DNA from: the human T2T-CHM13v2.0 reference genome, Homo sapiens
DNA: 64,000 nt
Strand: one strand, 5' to 3'
Assembly (NCBI RefSeq): GCF_009914755.1
Contig: NC_060941.1
Position 1 is the first letter of the stretch. Each line of letters opens with the position of its first letter. This document shows, one piece after another, positions 1 through 16,783 of this stretch. Below the pieces are notes generated by a model. The model was not told the DNA's origin. It saw nothing but the letters and a program-made list of their open reading frames with translations, and did not search any database. Both the position numbers and the translations under genes were made by a program.

Positions 1-368
1 GTCTGTCTTTTGTTATTGATCATGTTTGTGTCATTATTACTTTTTAAAAGATCTCATGTCTATATGTTTGAAGCAGAAGGAGATGGTTTGAACTATCTCA
101 ATCAGAAACATTGTAACTTATCTACGTGTGTGATACCGCTGCTGTTACGAACTAAATTTTGTTCCACAAGCAGATCCGCAGAAATGCACATACCCCGGAG
201 CTGTGTGTTATTCTTCAACTTGCATTAAAACAACTCACATCAAGCCTGTTTGGACCTGTTGGTGACCAAGGTCCAGCTCAGCCTGGGGCAACAGGACAAA
301 GGTGAAAGCAACCTCTAGTTTTTATTAAGAGTCAATTTTAAACATATATGCATATTCATTCATTTTCT

Positions 369-392
369 TGTGTGTGTGTGTGTGTGTGTGTG
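369..392. repeat. (TG)n microsatellite
   Basis: About 12 TG units read directly. Confidence 0.95.
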
Positions 393-399
393 ATCACTA

Positions 400-560
400 T
401 GTAGCAGACATAAGGGCCTTCGTAAGGGACTTACAGACATAAGCCAATTTAATCCTCATAACAATCCTAGGATGCAGATACTGTTATTATGATCCCCATT
501 TTACAGATAAGGAAACTGAGGCCCAAGGAGTGGTGAGCCATGACTGGGATCCAGAGTCCC
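400..560 (-). mobile_element. MIR SINE fragment
   Basis: MIR core motif ccccattttacagataaggaaactgaggc, preceded by aatcctcataacaatcct. Confidence 0.8.
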
Positions 561-1080
561 GCGGATCTCTCTGCTGTGTGTGCACCTGTGTGCCCTCGTG
601 CCTTAGCTTGCATACAAGGGTGGGGGACATGAAGTCCACGCTACCTCTGACAGTGGCGTGCTTGTCCACAGCCAAGAGTGGAAGGGGGAAGGACAGGAGA
701 GTGGCAGACTCAGGGCCTGGCTTGGGGACACCAGCCCTCTGACCCAGACATGCTCTGCCCACTTCCCCCTGCCTACTCACTAGATTCAGACGCAAGAGTC
801 CGAGACTGCCAAGGAGGCCTGGCTGCAGCAGGGTCAATGGGGTCTCTCTCCCACTCTCTCCCATCCCCAGCCCACCATCAGGACCAATCTGTTCCCTGCA
901 GGCTGTAGGGACCAGGGCCTGGCGAGGAGGGAGATATGTGAAGACAGCTACCTCCTTAGAGGAGAGGGCTACCATGCCACCTCACTGCGGTTCTTTATGT
1001 CTAGAGACACAGCAAGATAGAGAGAATACGGGATACAGGACCCAGGAGAGAACAAAGAATACAGAGGAATACAGAAATAC

Positions 1081-1411
1081 GGGCTGGTGGCTCATGCCTG
1101 TAATCCCAGCACTTTGGGAGGCCGAGGGGGGGTGGATCACTTGAGCTCGGAAGTTCGAGACCAGCCTGGCCAACATGGCGAAACCCGTCTCTACTAAAAA
1201 TACAAAAAAAAAAAAAGAAAAAGAAAGAAGAAAATAAAAATTAGCCAGGCGTGATGGTGGGCACTTGTTGTCCCAGCTACTCAGGAGGCTGATTCAGGAG
1301 AATTGCTTGAACCCGGGAGGCGGAGGTTGCAGTGAGCAGAGATTGTGCCACTGCACTCCAGCCCGGGTGACAGAGCGGGACCCTTGTCTCCAAAAAAAAA
1401 AACAAAAAAAA
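1081..1411 (+). mobile_element. Alu (AluS-like), expanded A-rich linker
   Basis: gcctgtaatcccagcactttgggaggccgagg, two arms and an A tail. Confidence 0.95.
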
Positions 1412-2029
1412 TACAGAGAGCCAAGACGGAGAGGAGCAAAGACAGAGAAACAGAGACTGGGAGGTGGAGGGAAGTACCTGGAGGGCATCTGAAAGTGAGC
1501 CTGTCGGGAGAGGGAGCTGGGGTGAGTCAAAGCTGGTACAGGAGGTGGCCGTGCAAGGAACGAGTCCCCGGCCATGGGGGGTTAGAGCTCTGGGGAGTCC
1601 GAGTCAAAAAGGCCTGGAGCCAGGGGTTCCTCCCACCACCCGGGCGGCCCGGTATCAGGTGGGGCTGGGCTGGGGCTGGAGTAAGCGTGCATATTGTATC
1701 TAGTCCCTCCTGGCTGCTGGCCTGGTGTCCCTGGATCTGGGGATAGGCGTCCGGCCTCGTGGTGCCCTCCTCCTGCATGGGCCAGTTGGCTCCACCCTCC
1801 CGGTGCCAGTGTCAGGTTCCAGGCTGTTCCCCGGGGGAACTTTGATCTGGAAAGAATGAGGGTGACCGATCTGGCTGCTGCACAGGGCCGAGCCGTGTCA
1901 CCGAGACCTGGCCTGAGCTGCCCCTGCCACTTTCCCGCCCACTGGGACACCAAGCGGTTACCCTGGGCTCAGGAGACACAGAGGGGGTCTTTCCTGCTTC
2001 CCTTCCCTCCCTTCTCCTCTTCATCATCC

Positions 2030-2400
2030 ATTGTTTATTCAGCAATTCACTCATTCATCAAGTATTGGCTGATGGAGTGGGGGTGAGTGATGGGGACAGA
2101 GGGACAAGGAGACAGGGTCCTGCCCTTTAGAGAGCCCCTCACCTGATAGGGGGGCAGGTGGCCCACACAGACACACCCTAAACAGAGACCACTGCTTGAG
2201 AAACACAAGCCCTGCTTTGGAGGAGGAAGATGGGGAGTGCGAGGAGGGATGTGTCCTAGTGGGCACCGTGCAGGGTTAGTGGAGGTAAGGAGGTAAGGAC
2301 AGGCTTTATCAGGGAGGGCTTCCCGGAGAAGGGGGTGGTTAAGCTGGACCCCGATCTGGAGGATGAGCAGGGATGTGTCCGTTTGAGAAGTAGAAGGCCA
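2030..2400 (-). mobile_element. L2 LINE 3' fragment
   Basis: attcactcattcatcaagtatt start and agggagggcttcccggagaagg motif typical of L2 relics; degraded. Confidence 0.55.
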
Positions 2401-3734
2401 GGCACAATCACAGAAGCACGAAAGAGTTTTGTGTTTGTGTGTTTGTGGGCGGCAGCGGCTGAGAAAGGGGGGTTGGAGAGGTGGGTGGGGGGCTGGTTAG
2501 GAAGGGCCTTGAATGGCCCCCTCAGGCGTTCCCCTGTTGGCGAGGGGACCCATGAGTCAGGGGTAGGGGTCCTAGCTGGGACAGGTTGTCAAATCAAGAC
2601 ACAGCTGGGGGCTATAGGGGAAGCGGCAGCTTCATGGCACCTCCGGGCCTTGCCGAGGAGGGGCTGGTGCCTCCGAGACCTCCCCCGCCAGCCCCAGCCC
2701 CAGTTAGTCTCCACGGTACTTTTGAGGAAGCCCCGCTGATCTATGGGCTGCAGCGGCTCCAGTGGGCTCCAGGCCCAGGGCTCAGCCCAGCCCCTGCCTT
2801 GGCCTGGCCTCTCCACCCCCACTGCCCACTCTGACTGATGCAGCCTTTTGCTGGGCTGAAAGCAGACACTGCCTGTGAGGCCCCTGGGGAAGGCCCAGGG
2901 GGCAGAGCCCCGGAGCTCGGGCTCCTCTTGTCCTGAAGGCTGCTGAGCCGGGGCCTATGAATAACCCCTCCCCCGGCCCCGTCTCTGAGAAGGGGGAAGG
3001 GAGGCAGGCCCAGGCCAGGCTGAAGGCACCAGGTCTTTTGGTGGGAAGCTGTGGAGGGGGTGAGGGAAGAAGGGGACAGGGCCCACGGTTGGAGATCCTC
3101 TGGGCTGGAGCAGTCAAGCTCCACAGGGAGAGTGCGTGCAGGGACTGTTGTTGTAAGAGGAGCGGCCAGTCCTCCTTCCTCCCATCTCTGGGTGGGTTTC
3201 CGGAGGTCCAAGAGTCCGGATATGAGCTCTGAGGGCCACCCAGGCTGAGCCTGGCCTGCCCCCAGAGACCCCTTCTTCAATTCCCAGTGGCCCAGGACAA
3301 ACTTGTCCCTGCTTTGCCTGAAGACCTTAAACATGTGCCTGTTCTTCCTGGACTCAGTCTCCCCTCCTGGCTTTGCAGTTTTCAGGGTGGGAGCTGAGTG
3401 GGTCAGTGTAGAGCCCTCTCCAGGCCATGGGGCCAGGGCTTAGGGGCTGGGACCCAAGGGGGAGGATCCTGGAAATGGAAAATCTGAGCCCAACAGCCTT
3501 ATCTGGGCTGGAAGCAGCTGTCTCCACCCCACACCCTGCGCAGCCCCCGCCTCTTGGGGGAGGACAGCAGCCCCTCTGTGCAGGAATAGGTGGTGTTTGT
3601 TCAACGGGTAGCCTGGGCCTCCGGCCTCCGCAGAGGCCTGTGGGAAATTCTTCCTTAGTGGGGTCAAGAGGTTGGTGCAGGAGGGCAAGAAACTCTGCTC
3701 ACTCTCTTCTTTCCCCACATCACAGCCATCCTGA

Positions 3735-3900
3735 TTTTTTTTTTTAGATGGAGTCTGGATCTGTCATCCAGGCTGGAGTGCACTGCAACCTCCACTTCCC
3801 CAGTTCAAACGATTCTCGTGCCTCAGCCTCCCAAGTAGCTGGGATTACAGGCGCATGCCACCACGCCCAGCTAATTTTTTGCATTTTTAGTAGAGATGGA
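3735..3900 (-). mobile_element. Alu right arm only (truncated next to SVA)
   Basis: Antisense Alu from the T tail to tttttagtagagatgg, then stops abruptly. Confidence 0.9.
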
Positions 3901-3912
3901 TTTTCTTCTTTC

Positions 3913-5372
<1,460 letters not shown>

Positions 5373-6621
5373 TGATTAGAGTGAGCCAGAACTGGGGCAT
5401 GTGATATACGTGTTCAAACTCATGCTCACACAACATTATACCTGCAAACATTTAATATATGGAAGCATGTGTACACATGTGACACATGTACAAGCATGTG
5501 GACAGTATCAGCTGCATAGGACACGTCCTGATGTCTACACTGACACAGGTACTGGAGGCATATATACGTATGTGTGCATATAAACACATTCCCTACCTAC
5601 AAGCAAGCGCATTGAAAAACCCTCCTGTAAACACGGGTACTTACAAATGTGCACATACTCCACACACCACCTATCCTCGCCGGTAAGGAGTATAAACACC
5701 TGAACTCCCAGCTCTTTCCTCTACACAGACACACCCACACATGCACATGCAAGCATCACACATGCCCAGATGCATCCTCAGGTACACGGGAAAGAGATGA
5801 GCATTGAAAGGTAGACGTGTGTCTGGCAGAATGTCTGCTGGGATGGAGGGACGGCATTTAAAGGAGGGTTTGGTGGAGCGGAGTTGAAGTTATCCAGAGG
5901 GCAGGAGGGTCCCAGGATCAGCCCCTGTGGCTCCGCTTCAGGCAGACAGAGCTGTGGGTCTAGGGCAGAGACCCATGCATCCCTCTCCTGGGCACTGCCC
6001 TGGGACCCAGCTGGAGATAAGACTTGGAGGCTCCAAGACGTGCCCAGCATGGGGCCCCCACTCCTGCACAGCCTCCACCAAGTTCTCTACCTCCCTCTTT
6101 ATCGCTCTTCTTGGCTCCTGAATCCAGCAACCTGGCAGGAAAAGATAAATCTAAGCCCTGTGTTCCCACCCCTATGGATCTCATAACAAGGCAACAGTTT
6201 CCAGGGCAGAGGCTGGATTTCAGGATTTGGGAGGAGGAGGGGTAATGGCGTGTTTGCCAGGGTGGTGGGGTCCAGTCCTAGAGTGCACGTCTCCTCTGAG
6301 GCCTCATTAGCTTGCTCCCTGTGGGTGCCTGTGGCTGCAGACCACGACGAGTCAGAGGGTATGGCAGGATGCACACACCTTCCTGATTGTGACCTTGATG
6401 GCCAGGCCGGCTAGCTGCCCCACACAGTGAGACCTCCGTGGGGGTGTGCCAGGGCCAAGAAGGGCCTGACCCTCCAACCTGACTCCTTCCTGGTGGAGGG
6501 GCTTGGAGGGATCCCCAGTGAGGTGTGCAGCTGCCTTTGACCCAGTGAGGAGGCTGATGCGAGCTTGTAGACAGGCCGGGGAGCCCCACAGCTCACTATC
6601 CCTCTAACGCACCTTCTCTGA

Positions 6622-6947
<326 letters not shown>

Positions 6948-7215
6948 TCTGTGACCCATTCTAATGAATGGTACCTCCATATCCCCAAGTCAGAATTTGG
7001 GAGCCATCCTTGCCTCTCTCCCTCCCTCGTTCTCCATTGTCCATCCATCCAGCATCCTATCGGTTCCACTGACTCCAGTGAGTCCCCTTTTCCAAGAGGA
7101 CCCAACTAACACATGTTTATTGAGCCATTACTAAAGCCAGCTGCTGCCCCAGGTGTGGGGACAGCCTAATGGCTGAGACAGCTCCTGCTCTCCAGGGATG
7201 GAGTCCAATGCGTGA

Positions 7216-7217
<2 letters not shown>

Positions 7218-7260
<43 letters not shown>
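7218..7260. repeat. (TG)n microsatellite
   Basis: About 21 TG units read directly. Confidence 0.95.
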
Positions 7261-7261
<1 letters not shown>

Positions 7262-9859
7262 ACCATGCATGTGGACCTGGGGTGCAGAGGGCTGGAGGGG
7301 TGGCGCCAGGCAGGTGGACAGAGCCCACTCCCACCTCAGTTGGGGGATTCAGCCGTCCCACTCCTTCTGTCCTTTCCCCACGCTGTAAGCCCTGCTTGTG
7401 TTCCCTCAGACCTGAGGAGTCTGGAGAGTGTGTGGGAAGTTCAGGGGAGAGGCTGGGGGCAGGCGGAGAAGTGGGAGTCGTCGGCACTGAGGTGCAAGCA
7501 GTGTGCAGGTGTGGGGGTGAGTGAGACCACCCAGGCAGGTGTGCAGGTGAGAGGGAGGAGGCCCAGCTCAGAGCCCTGGGGACCACCTCAGTGAAGGGAG
7601 GAGCAGAAGCACAGTCAGGAAGGTCACTGGGGAGGGAAAGAGGAGAATCACGTAACTGAGGAGGAGGAGGGAGTGGTCCTGGGGGGTCTCGAGGGCCATG
7701 GGGGGCACTGGAGACCTCTGAGGAGCAATTTCAGGGGAGTAAGGCCTCCGGCCAATCCGGGGAGCAGGGAGGAGCTGCTCTGACCTGGTGGAACCTGACT
7801 GCTGTACTGGGAGGTGAGCTGGGACTGGCGTGCAGGAAAGAGGGTACTGCACCTTGGGTGTGGGGGCAGGGCCCAGGTTCCAGTACTGTCTCCGCATGCC
7901 TTGCTGTGTGGCCTTGGGCCAGTCCCTGCCCCTCTTAGGGCCTCAGTTTCCCCGCCTCAGGCCCAAAGATGGTAACTTCCCTAACTGTGGATTTGATTTT
8001 GTGAGACATTGGCAGGGGGGCTGGGGAAAGCTTGTCCTGCATCCTGCATCCAGCCTAGACTCAGAGCAGAGCAGGACGACGGTGGGCAGCAGTAGGGGCA
8101 GAGCCAGGAGACTGGAGTGGGAAGGGCAGGCGCCAGGGCCCCCAGGCCTTGGTGGGAGGTTGGCCTCCACTTGCTTGCTGACATCAGGGCTGGTGAATGT
8201 GCAGGGAGTCCAGCCAGGTTCACGGGCCCTCACCTCCCTCGCAGCCTGGTACTGGGCAGGAGTGGAGCTAAAGGAGAGTGGGGGAGGGGCCTGCAGGGAA
8301 GGCTCACAGGAGCCCCTGGGCCTGGGAACAGAGCTGCAGCCTCGGTCCATCTGTCATGGAGCCAGGTCGGAGGGTGGTGCTGACCCTCCATCCCGCCCCC
8401 TTCCCACCCCAGAATCACTCTCTTCCTCATGCTCCTGGCTCTTCTCTCCTCTCCTGGGTGCATCTCCAGCTACTGACTCGGAGATCTGACTGCTGAGAAA
8501 AAGGAGCCAAGGGGGATGGTCTTGTACCATCTGCCTTCCCAGAACCCACAGTGAGCCCCCATCTCTGCCCTTGACAGAGTCCCGCCTTCGGCCCCAGAAG
8601 CAGCCATGCCCCGTCCCCGAGAAGTTCCTCCTAGAGATTCCCATGTGGCTCAGGAGAGACCAGATAACTAGCCTGAGGCTGGAGAGTGTGGATGGATCCC
8701 AGGCAGCCACAGGCTCTACGATCTGTCACCTCCTCCTCCCTGCCAGGCTTCCCACCAATGGCCCAGCCAGCCTGCCTTCTCCCGGAGGATGGAGAGAAGC
8801 CTAGAGACCAGCCTGTCCAGTCCCTCTCAAGGCTTCTCCACACGGTCCTTCCTTGGATCTTAGAAGGGAAGGGACTGGGCTTCTGTGGCTGAGACCAGGG
8901 TTTTTGAACTCCAGGTTCTTGTGCTGAGACCTGGAGGGGCTTTGAGTGCTGTCTGCGGCAAGAGCAGCAGCAGCGTCTCTGGAGGCTGCTACTAAAGATT
9001 CCACCTGGAGAAAGCATTCAGGGAGCAGTTTGGCTCACCCTGTCCAGATGGCTACCTGGAATGCACACACATGCTCACACATATATGCAGCATGCACACC
9101 TTTTGGCATTTGCCTTTTTCATGAAATAATTGCTGGAAGGCTCCTTGGATTAGGTAACCCAGCGTTCCTTCCTGTCCCCTTGGGGCTGGGGGCGGGGGAG
9201 AGAACCAGCATTTAGCATCTGTCAGGCTGCTCCAGTTCCTTTGGGGCAATGATGGCCAGTCCAGGAGGGTTTGTGGGCTCCAAACAACCTTGGGAGCAGA
9301 ACATGATATGAACAAGCCTTTCAGACTTCTCCTTCCTGCCGGTCAGCTGGCTATGCATGCCCAGCCTCTGGGCCTCTTTCAGGCAGGCCAGGCTTGGGAA
9401 AAAGAAGGCCAATTAGGAAAGGTTTTTTGCACAAAGGAGGATATGTTCTCATTTTTATTTTAAATCAGCTTTATGATATAGCGAAAACTTAGAGTTAGCT
9501 TTGCCCATCATCCCATCGTCCTAAAGCAACACCTGTTTCCCTTCTTCCCTTTTCTGGTGATGGTTTGGGGTGTGCATTTGGAAGGGGGAACTATCTGGGT
9601 TCAGCCATAAAGAGCATTGAGAAGGAATAGGGGTAAGACCCCTGGCCTGCGGGTAGAGGCCAGTGACTGAGACTCTCATTGCGGAGGGGGCGATTAGTCG
9701 CAAAGCCGCCCATTCCAGGATTTGGAGATGCAGCTCCAGCACACCCTTCTTTCTCTGTCTGCCCTTAGCCTCTCCAGGATCTCCTAACGGAGGCCCCTTG
9801 GTGGGTCGGGAGCCTCTACCGACCACTAGTGGGAAGGGCACGAAGATCTTGCTATACAG

Positions 9860-9959
9860 AGTAGGACTGGGAGGGGACAGCGCGTAGTCGCAGAGTCAGG
9901 GAGGGGACCTCACCACCTGTCTCCTCCCTGAGGTCTTAGAACAGATACAAGAAATTCCA

Positions 9960-9975
<16 letters not shown>
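9860..9975 (+). other. SMTNL2: Probable alternative non-coding first exon of SMTNL2 (short isoform); 5' end approximate
   Basis: Strong donor CAG|GTGAGC at 9975/9976 and no ATG in 9730-9975. Splicing to exon 2 gives a Met145-initiated 317-aa product, matching my recollection of a short SMTNL2 isoform. Confidence 0.65.
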
Positions 9976-11160
<1,185 letters not shown>

Positions 11161-14100
11161 TGACATCAACGGCTTGGGCGCCGAAGTCCGGCCCCTGACT
11201 GTTCAGCACTGCCTGGAGCCACGCGGGGCATGTTGGAATGGTCGACACCCCTGCCTGACCCCCACCCTCCATTCACGCTCCCCTGCGTTGCCGCTTCACT
11301 GAGGCCTGACGGCTCTGGTTATTGATTAACTCAGATTGAGAACTCAGGCCCCTGGATGGGTGGGGAGGGGGGTCGAGGGGGACGCGATCAGCAGCGGCTT
11401 TTGGGAACTCTCCATCGCAGGGGGCAAATCCCTTACCGTGAAGGGAGAGAGGTGGAAACCCGCCTTGAGCCGTGTCTAGATTCCTCGGGTCAGTGACTAG
11501 CCAGAGGCCCACACCACGTGGGGATAGGGCGGAGGCCGACGTGGACCAGTCACTACCTTGCGCATGGGCCACCCAGAGCAGTTAGAATGTGTCCATGGTG
11601 TGTGCAGTGGCCCTTGGGTGGGATTTTCCATCCTGATCAGGCATGTGCTCTCGGGTTGGGTTCCCAGGATCTGGGGCTGTGTAGCCTGCACCTGCTCCCT
11701 CCTTGGTGCAATCCCTGGGGCTCTCAGATTTCCCGCTGTGGGCTGGGCTGGACCTCAGGGGGCCTGGAGGAGGGTATCAGATTGGGCCTTCCCCCTGGAG
11801 GTCCCATCCAGGGTGGGAGATGGCCCCAGACCAAGTTTGGGCAGCCAGAGATGTTTTGCTCCAAACACAGTAGTTAGCCCCTTCTCAGTGGGTATCTCAG
11901 CAAGGCTTTGTGCTGGGGGCCTGGGGCTTGCTGCTACTGGTGCAGATGAGGGTGGGGTGGGGGCTGTGCAGGAAGCCTCAGAAAGGCTGAAAGTACTCAC
12001 TGGTGAGTGCAGCCTCGAGGTATGCGAGTGGAGTGGGCAGTGGCGAATGCCCCTAGTGTGCTGGGCAGAGGAGTTGGGCTTTGCCCGGCCTGTAAGAAGT
12101 TCTTAAACATGTCATGGTAGCAGAACCCGGGAGTGTCCCAGTGCTCCGTGTGAAATGTCTGGAAATGTGGATACACTTAAGTCTGTCTTATGAACATGAC
12201 ACTCTACGTGACCATGGTCTAAAATCACCACTGTGAGCTCACACGTGCCTCATCAACTGTGTCATCGGTTGTTTCTGAGGTTTTATTTGAACATGCATTT
12301 GCTATTTGTCTGCTCATAGCAGCAGCTGTCCAAATTAAAAAAAAAAATGTCAGGTTCACATATACATGTAGATGTGTGTGTACACACAAAGAGAGAGAGA
12401 GAGAGAGAGAGGGAATTCTCTCCAGTCGTGATTTTTGTCAATGGAGATTAGCCATTGTTCACTGGCACCAAGCTAGTCCACTAGGTTAGGAGTTGGTGGA
12501 TGAAGCTCAGGATGAGGGTCTTCTTTGTGTCTGGCAAGCCCTCTTCGGGGTGGATGGAAGGTGGAGGGTGGCTGGAGGTGGGTAACTTGATTGTGATGGT
12601 CCAAGGAGAAAGGAAAGGTCTGAGCTGGGCCGTGGGCCTTGGTGTGTAGAGGGGCTGCCTTGGACAGGGTTTCAGAGGGGGAATGAGCAGATGGGGTAGT
12701 CTCAGAGGGGAGCTCTGACTTGGGGGACTGCTGGATCACAGATCTGGGGTGAGATGCTGGGTTCCACCCGGGTCGTGCTGAACATGAGGGGACTATGGGA
12801 ACTCCAGGTGACGCTGTCCCAGAGCAGGTGGATTCATGGATCTGGTGCTCCACACAGTGAGCAAGCCTGGAGATTAGGGAGCTCTCTGGGCAGAAGCAAA
12901 GAGTCTGAAGGAATTAAAAACCAGACCGGGGAACTGCCAGGGAGTGAGGAGGACCTGAGTGCACTCTCAGCAAACCAGAGAAGGAGCCCTCCTGGAAGAA
13001 GAGGCTGGGGTCAGCGAAGATGCGTCGGCCTGTTGGGGAGTGAGGATGGAGACCCAGGCACCCAGGGGCATGAGCAGCAAGGGTAGCTGAGCACTGTGGG
13101 TGGAACATGGCTATGGTCCCCAGTTGGGTTAGAGGCTCTGCACCCCTTGAGCCCTGGCTCCCGGGGCCTGAGGCAGCTGCCGCTGGGCTGACCCCCGAAG
13201 CACCAATCCCCATCTCTCTTGCTGTCCTCCGTCTCAGGAGCATTGTCACAGCCTCCAGACCAGTGTCCAGCATTGAGAGGAGGGACTGTGTGGAGCCATC
13301 CCCATGTGCTGGCTCGTGTCCTGTGACCAGCACGATGTGATCAAGAGCTTGGTCACACTCAAGGAGCCGGGGCTCAGGGTGAGACTGGAGTGTGGACCAT
13401 GGACATAGAGTCACAGCCCCACACCAGGCTGCTGGGTGTCTGACCTCTCAGACTTTGTGTCTGTGTAGTGGGGGTCTGGGTGGGACAGTCTCATCCCATC
13501 CACATGAGCCAGGGATGGCTGTACTACCTGGCATTGTAGAGGTTGGTGTCACACTACCCCTCTGTAACAAGCAATGACATTTAGAGACCCAGTTCCTTTC
13601 AAACTGGGGACTGAAGGATTGGAGGTAGATTGTCTCCAATATATAAATGTCCCCTGAACTCAATACAGGAAGGGTTGATCAAGTAATCCTGTCTGGCTGG
13701 GAGCAGGGAGCTGAGAGCCAGCTTGGGGCCGGGGGTGGATGGTGGCAGCTTGAGGCCAGGCCCAGGCCCCAGCAGGTTGGGCCAGAGCTGTGGCCTGGAA
13801 ATGTCATCCTCAGCTGAGCTGGAGCCACTGGGTCCCTATGCCCGAGGCAGCGGAGGCCCCAGGAACAGCTGCCAGGAGCCCCATGTCAGAGGCCCGACCA
13901 TGAAAGAAGCCAGACTCGCCTTATCTGCCTTCCTTTCCCAGACACACTGTGCGATAAGAGAGTTAAATGCTTTAGGGAGAAGTTTGAATTAAGTCCTTTC
14001 AAACGGTGTTGTGAGTGGAGGAGGGCCGGGTCAGCAGTGTGAACTGTCTTAGGATGGGGCTCTGGCCCTGCGTGGGTCTCGTCCCCATGGATGGGCCCGT

Positions 14101-15720
14101 GCAGATCAGGCAGCACCCAGAAGGCCTGAAATATTCTTCCTTCCCCTACAAAAATGTCTAAAAGCTTTTCCAATAAGAAGGTCCCTGAAATCAGACTTAC
14201 CTCATCACCCTTCCGCCTTTCCCGTGAGTGCCTCAGGCCTGGGCTCCCTCATGGGGCACCTCCCCTTTCTCAAAACAAAGCCGAGCTGGGGAATCTTGGG
14301 GGGTACCAGGCCAGCTCAACAGGACCTGTCCCCAGCCCCAGGGCTCTCCAGCGATTTCTGCCCCGGTCCCAGCATACCGAGGCCCCTCCCTGGTTTCCTT
14401 CCGCATGACGGCGACAGGCTGCCCCCATCAAAGGAGAGCAGTAACCCACTGGGGACTCTGCGGGGACAGCTCGTTCCAGCCCAGCCCTTTGGTTGAAGAG
14501 CTTTGAGTTCTGTGAAGGTCCCACTGGGTGGCGACCCCAGTCCCCCGCCTTTTCCTCACACTCATTGGCTAAGACAGATCCCATGGGGCCGGGGCTCATA
14601 CTGACCCAGGTCCTGGAAGACAACTTTGCCTTGAGTTGTCCTCTCTGCCCCCTAGAAGGCCAGAGCACTTTGTGGACAGAGCCCTGGTTTGGGGTGGGAG
14701 ACCTGAGTCCCGTACTTTGGCTCTGCCACTACCTTTAGTCATGGTGTGGGGTTTAGGGGTTCCCCCTGCCCCACCCCACGTCTTGCTTTCCCCATCTGTG
14801 TGATGATGGGTTGGAGGATGGTCTCAGAATAGCCCCTTGCGCCTTGACCTAAGGCACGGGCAGACCCCTTTCCCCAGGTGACGAATGCTTCTAGTCGTGG
14901 GGCAGGGGAGCTTGGGAGTCTGGGCTCAGCCCTACACCCCAGCCTGCATTAGCCCAGCCCCTTCCCCTCCTCCCTTTGCCGGAGAACCCTTAGCAGTGAT
15001 CTAACCAGGATAGAACTTACTCCCAGTCTGGTGTAGCGCCTGGTCCCCTGGGGCATCATGGGGGTTGTTGAGGGGCTGCAACGTGCAGGGACAGGCATCT
15101 GCGGAGGACTCCCCACCCACCTATAGAGAAACATATTTCCTGGGAAAATGGTTTCACCCTCAGCCTTTCCCCCCAGAGCCCCGCCTGGACCTGTGGAACC
15201 TGTCAGACGAGAGCAGGGTGGGTGAGGGGGCACGGAGACCCCAGAGCCTGGTGACTGTGGGGGCCGGGGTTCCAGCTGGACTGGCTGGTTCTCCTCCCCC
15301 TGCCGACATGGTCTACACGGCCACAGCGTGGCTCTAGGGGCACCCGTTCTGCTCTGCGTGCTGGGAGACGCCCTGTGCTTTTCTTGCGTTTCTGAGAGTG
15401 GGCCTGGCCTCTCCTCCTCCCACTCTTGAATCAAGAGCTCAGGGGTCGCCTCCTCTCCAAGGCTGGCTCTTCCCAGGCTCTGGGTCCTGTCTGCTGTGAG
15501 CTCCCCAGTGGTCCCGCTCTGCAGATGCTCCCCTCACCTTTCTCACCCTATGAATGTGGTCTTGCCTCTTCCTTCTGGAAAAACCCCTCAGACCCTTTCC
15601 CCTGGCTTCGCTCAGGGCTAAAGTTACTGCGCTGTCTTCATTTCTCTGGGACCCCTCTGCTAGGCCATCTCCTGTCCCCCAACCCCCTGTCCCCCGCCCC
15701 ACGCTTCTGATCACCCATGA

Positions 15721-16121
<401 letters not shown>

Positions 16122-16742
16122 CCCGTGCCTGGCTTCTTGACTCCCTTCCTTCCTGGCCTTGGCTTTCTCACCATTCTTCAGGGGCTCCTCCTACGTCTCT
16201 GGCTGCTCCTCATTCTCCGCAGACTGCTCTGTTGCTTCCTGAAATGTGGGGGCCTCATCCCAGGGCCCCTAAGCTGCTCTTCCTCTGCTGGGCTTCCAGG
16301 AGCCCAGTGCATGCCCCTGACTCCTGTTTTTCCATGTTCGTCCTTCTTTTCTCTTAAACTCCAGACTCAAAAATCCAGCTACCTCCTCAGCTCCCTGATG
16401 CTCCAGGTGCCCCAGGCCCTCAACATGTCCCAACTGAAACCCTCATTTAGCCCCTAAACCTGCCCTGACCCACCAAGTCTGGGCTTGGGAGAGGCTTGGC
16501 ACCCTTCCTCTTCCATGTCCACCCAGTCTCCCAGCCAGATCCCTTTTCCCCAAAGCTCCGAGTCCTTCTTGCCCGTGGCCCTCCCAGTGCCCCATCTCCC
16601 CTCCCCAGGTTCCTGCCCAGGACTAGTGAAGTGTCTTGCCATCTGGTCTCCACTCTCTGGCATCTTCTGAAGGGTGTGCCTGAAACACAGAGCCGAGGAC
16701 CTTGGGCTCCTTCTTGTCTAAGGCGTCAAGTACCCAGGGCCA

Positions 16743-16783
16743 GCAGCTTGGGCGGCAGGGCAGGCAGCTTGGGCGGCAGGGCA
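16743..16783. repeat. 21-bp tandem duplication
   Basis: gcagcttgggcggcagggca occurs twice with period 21. Confidence 0.85.

Noticed and set aside
5400-5775. CA/TG-rich alternating purine-pyrimidine stretch
   Set aside because: Degenerate low-complexity sequence without a definable unit or feature.
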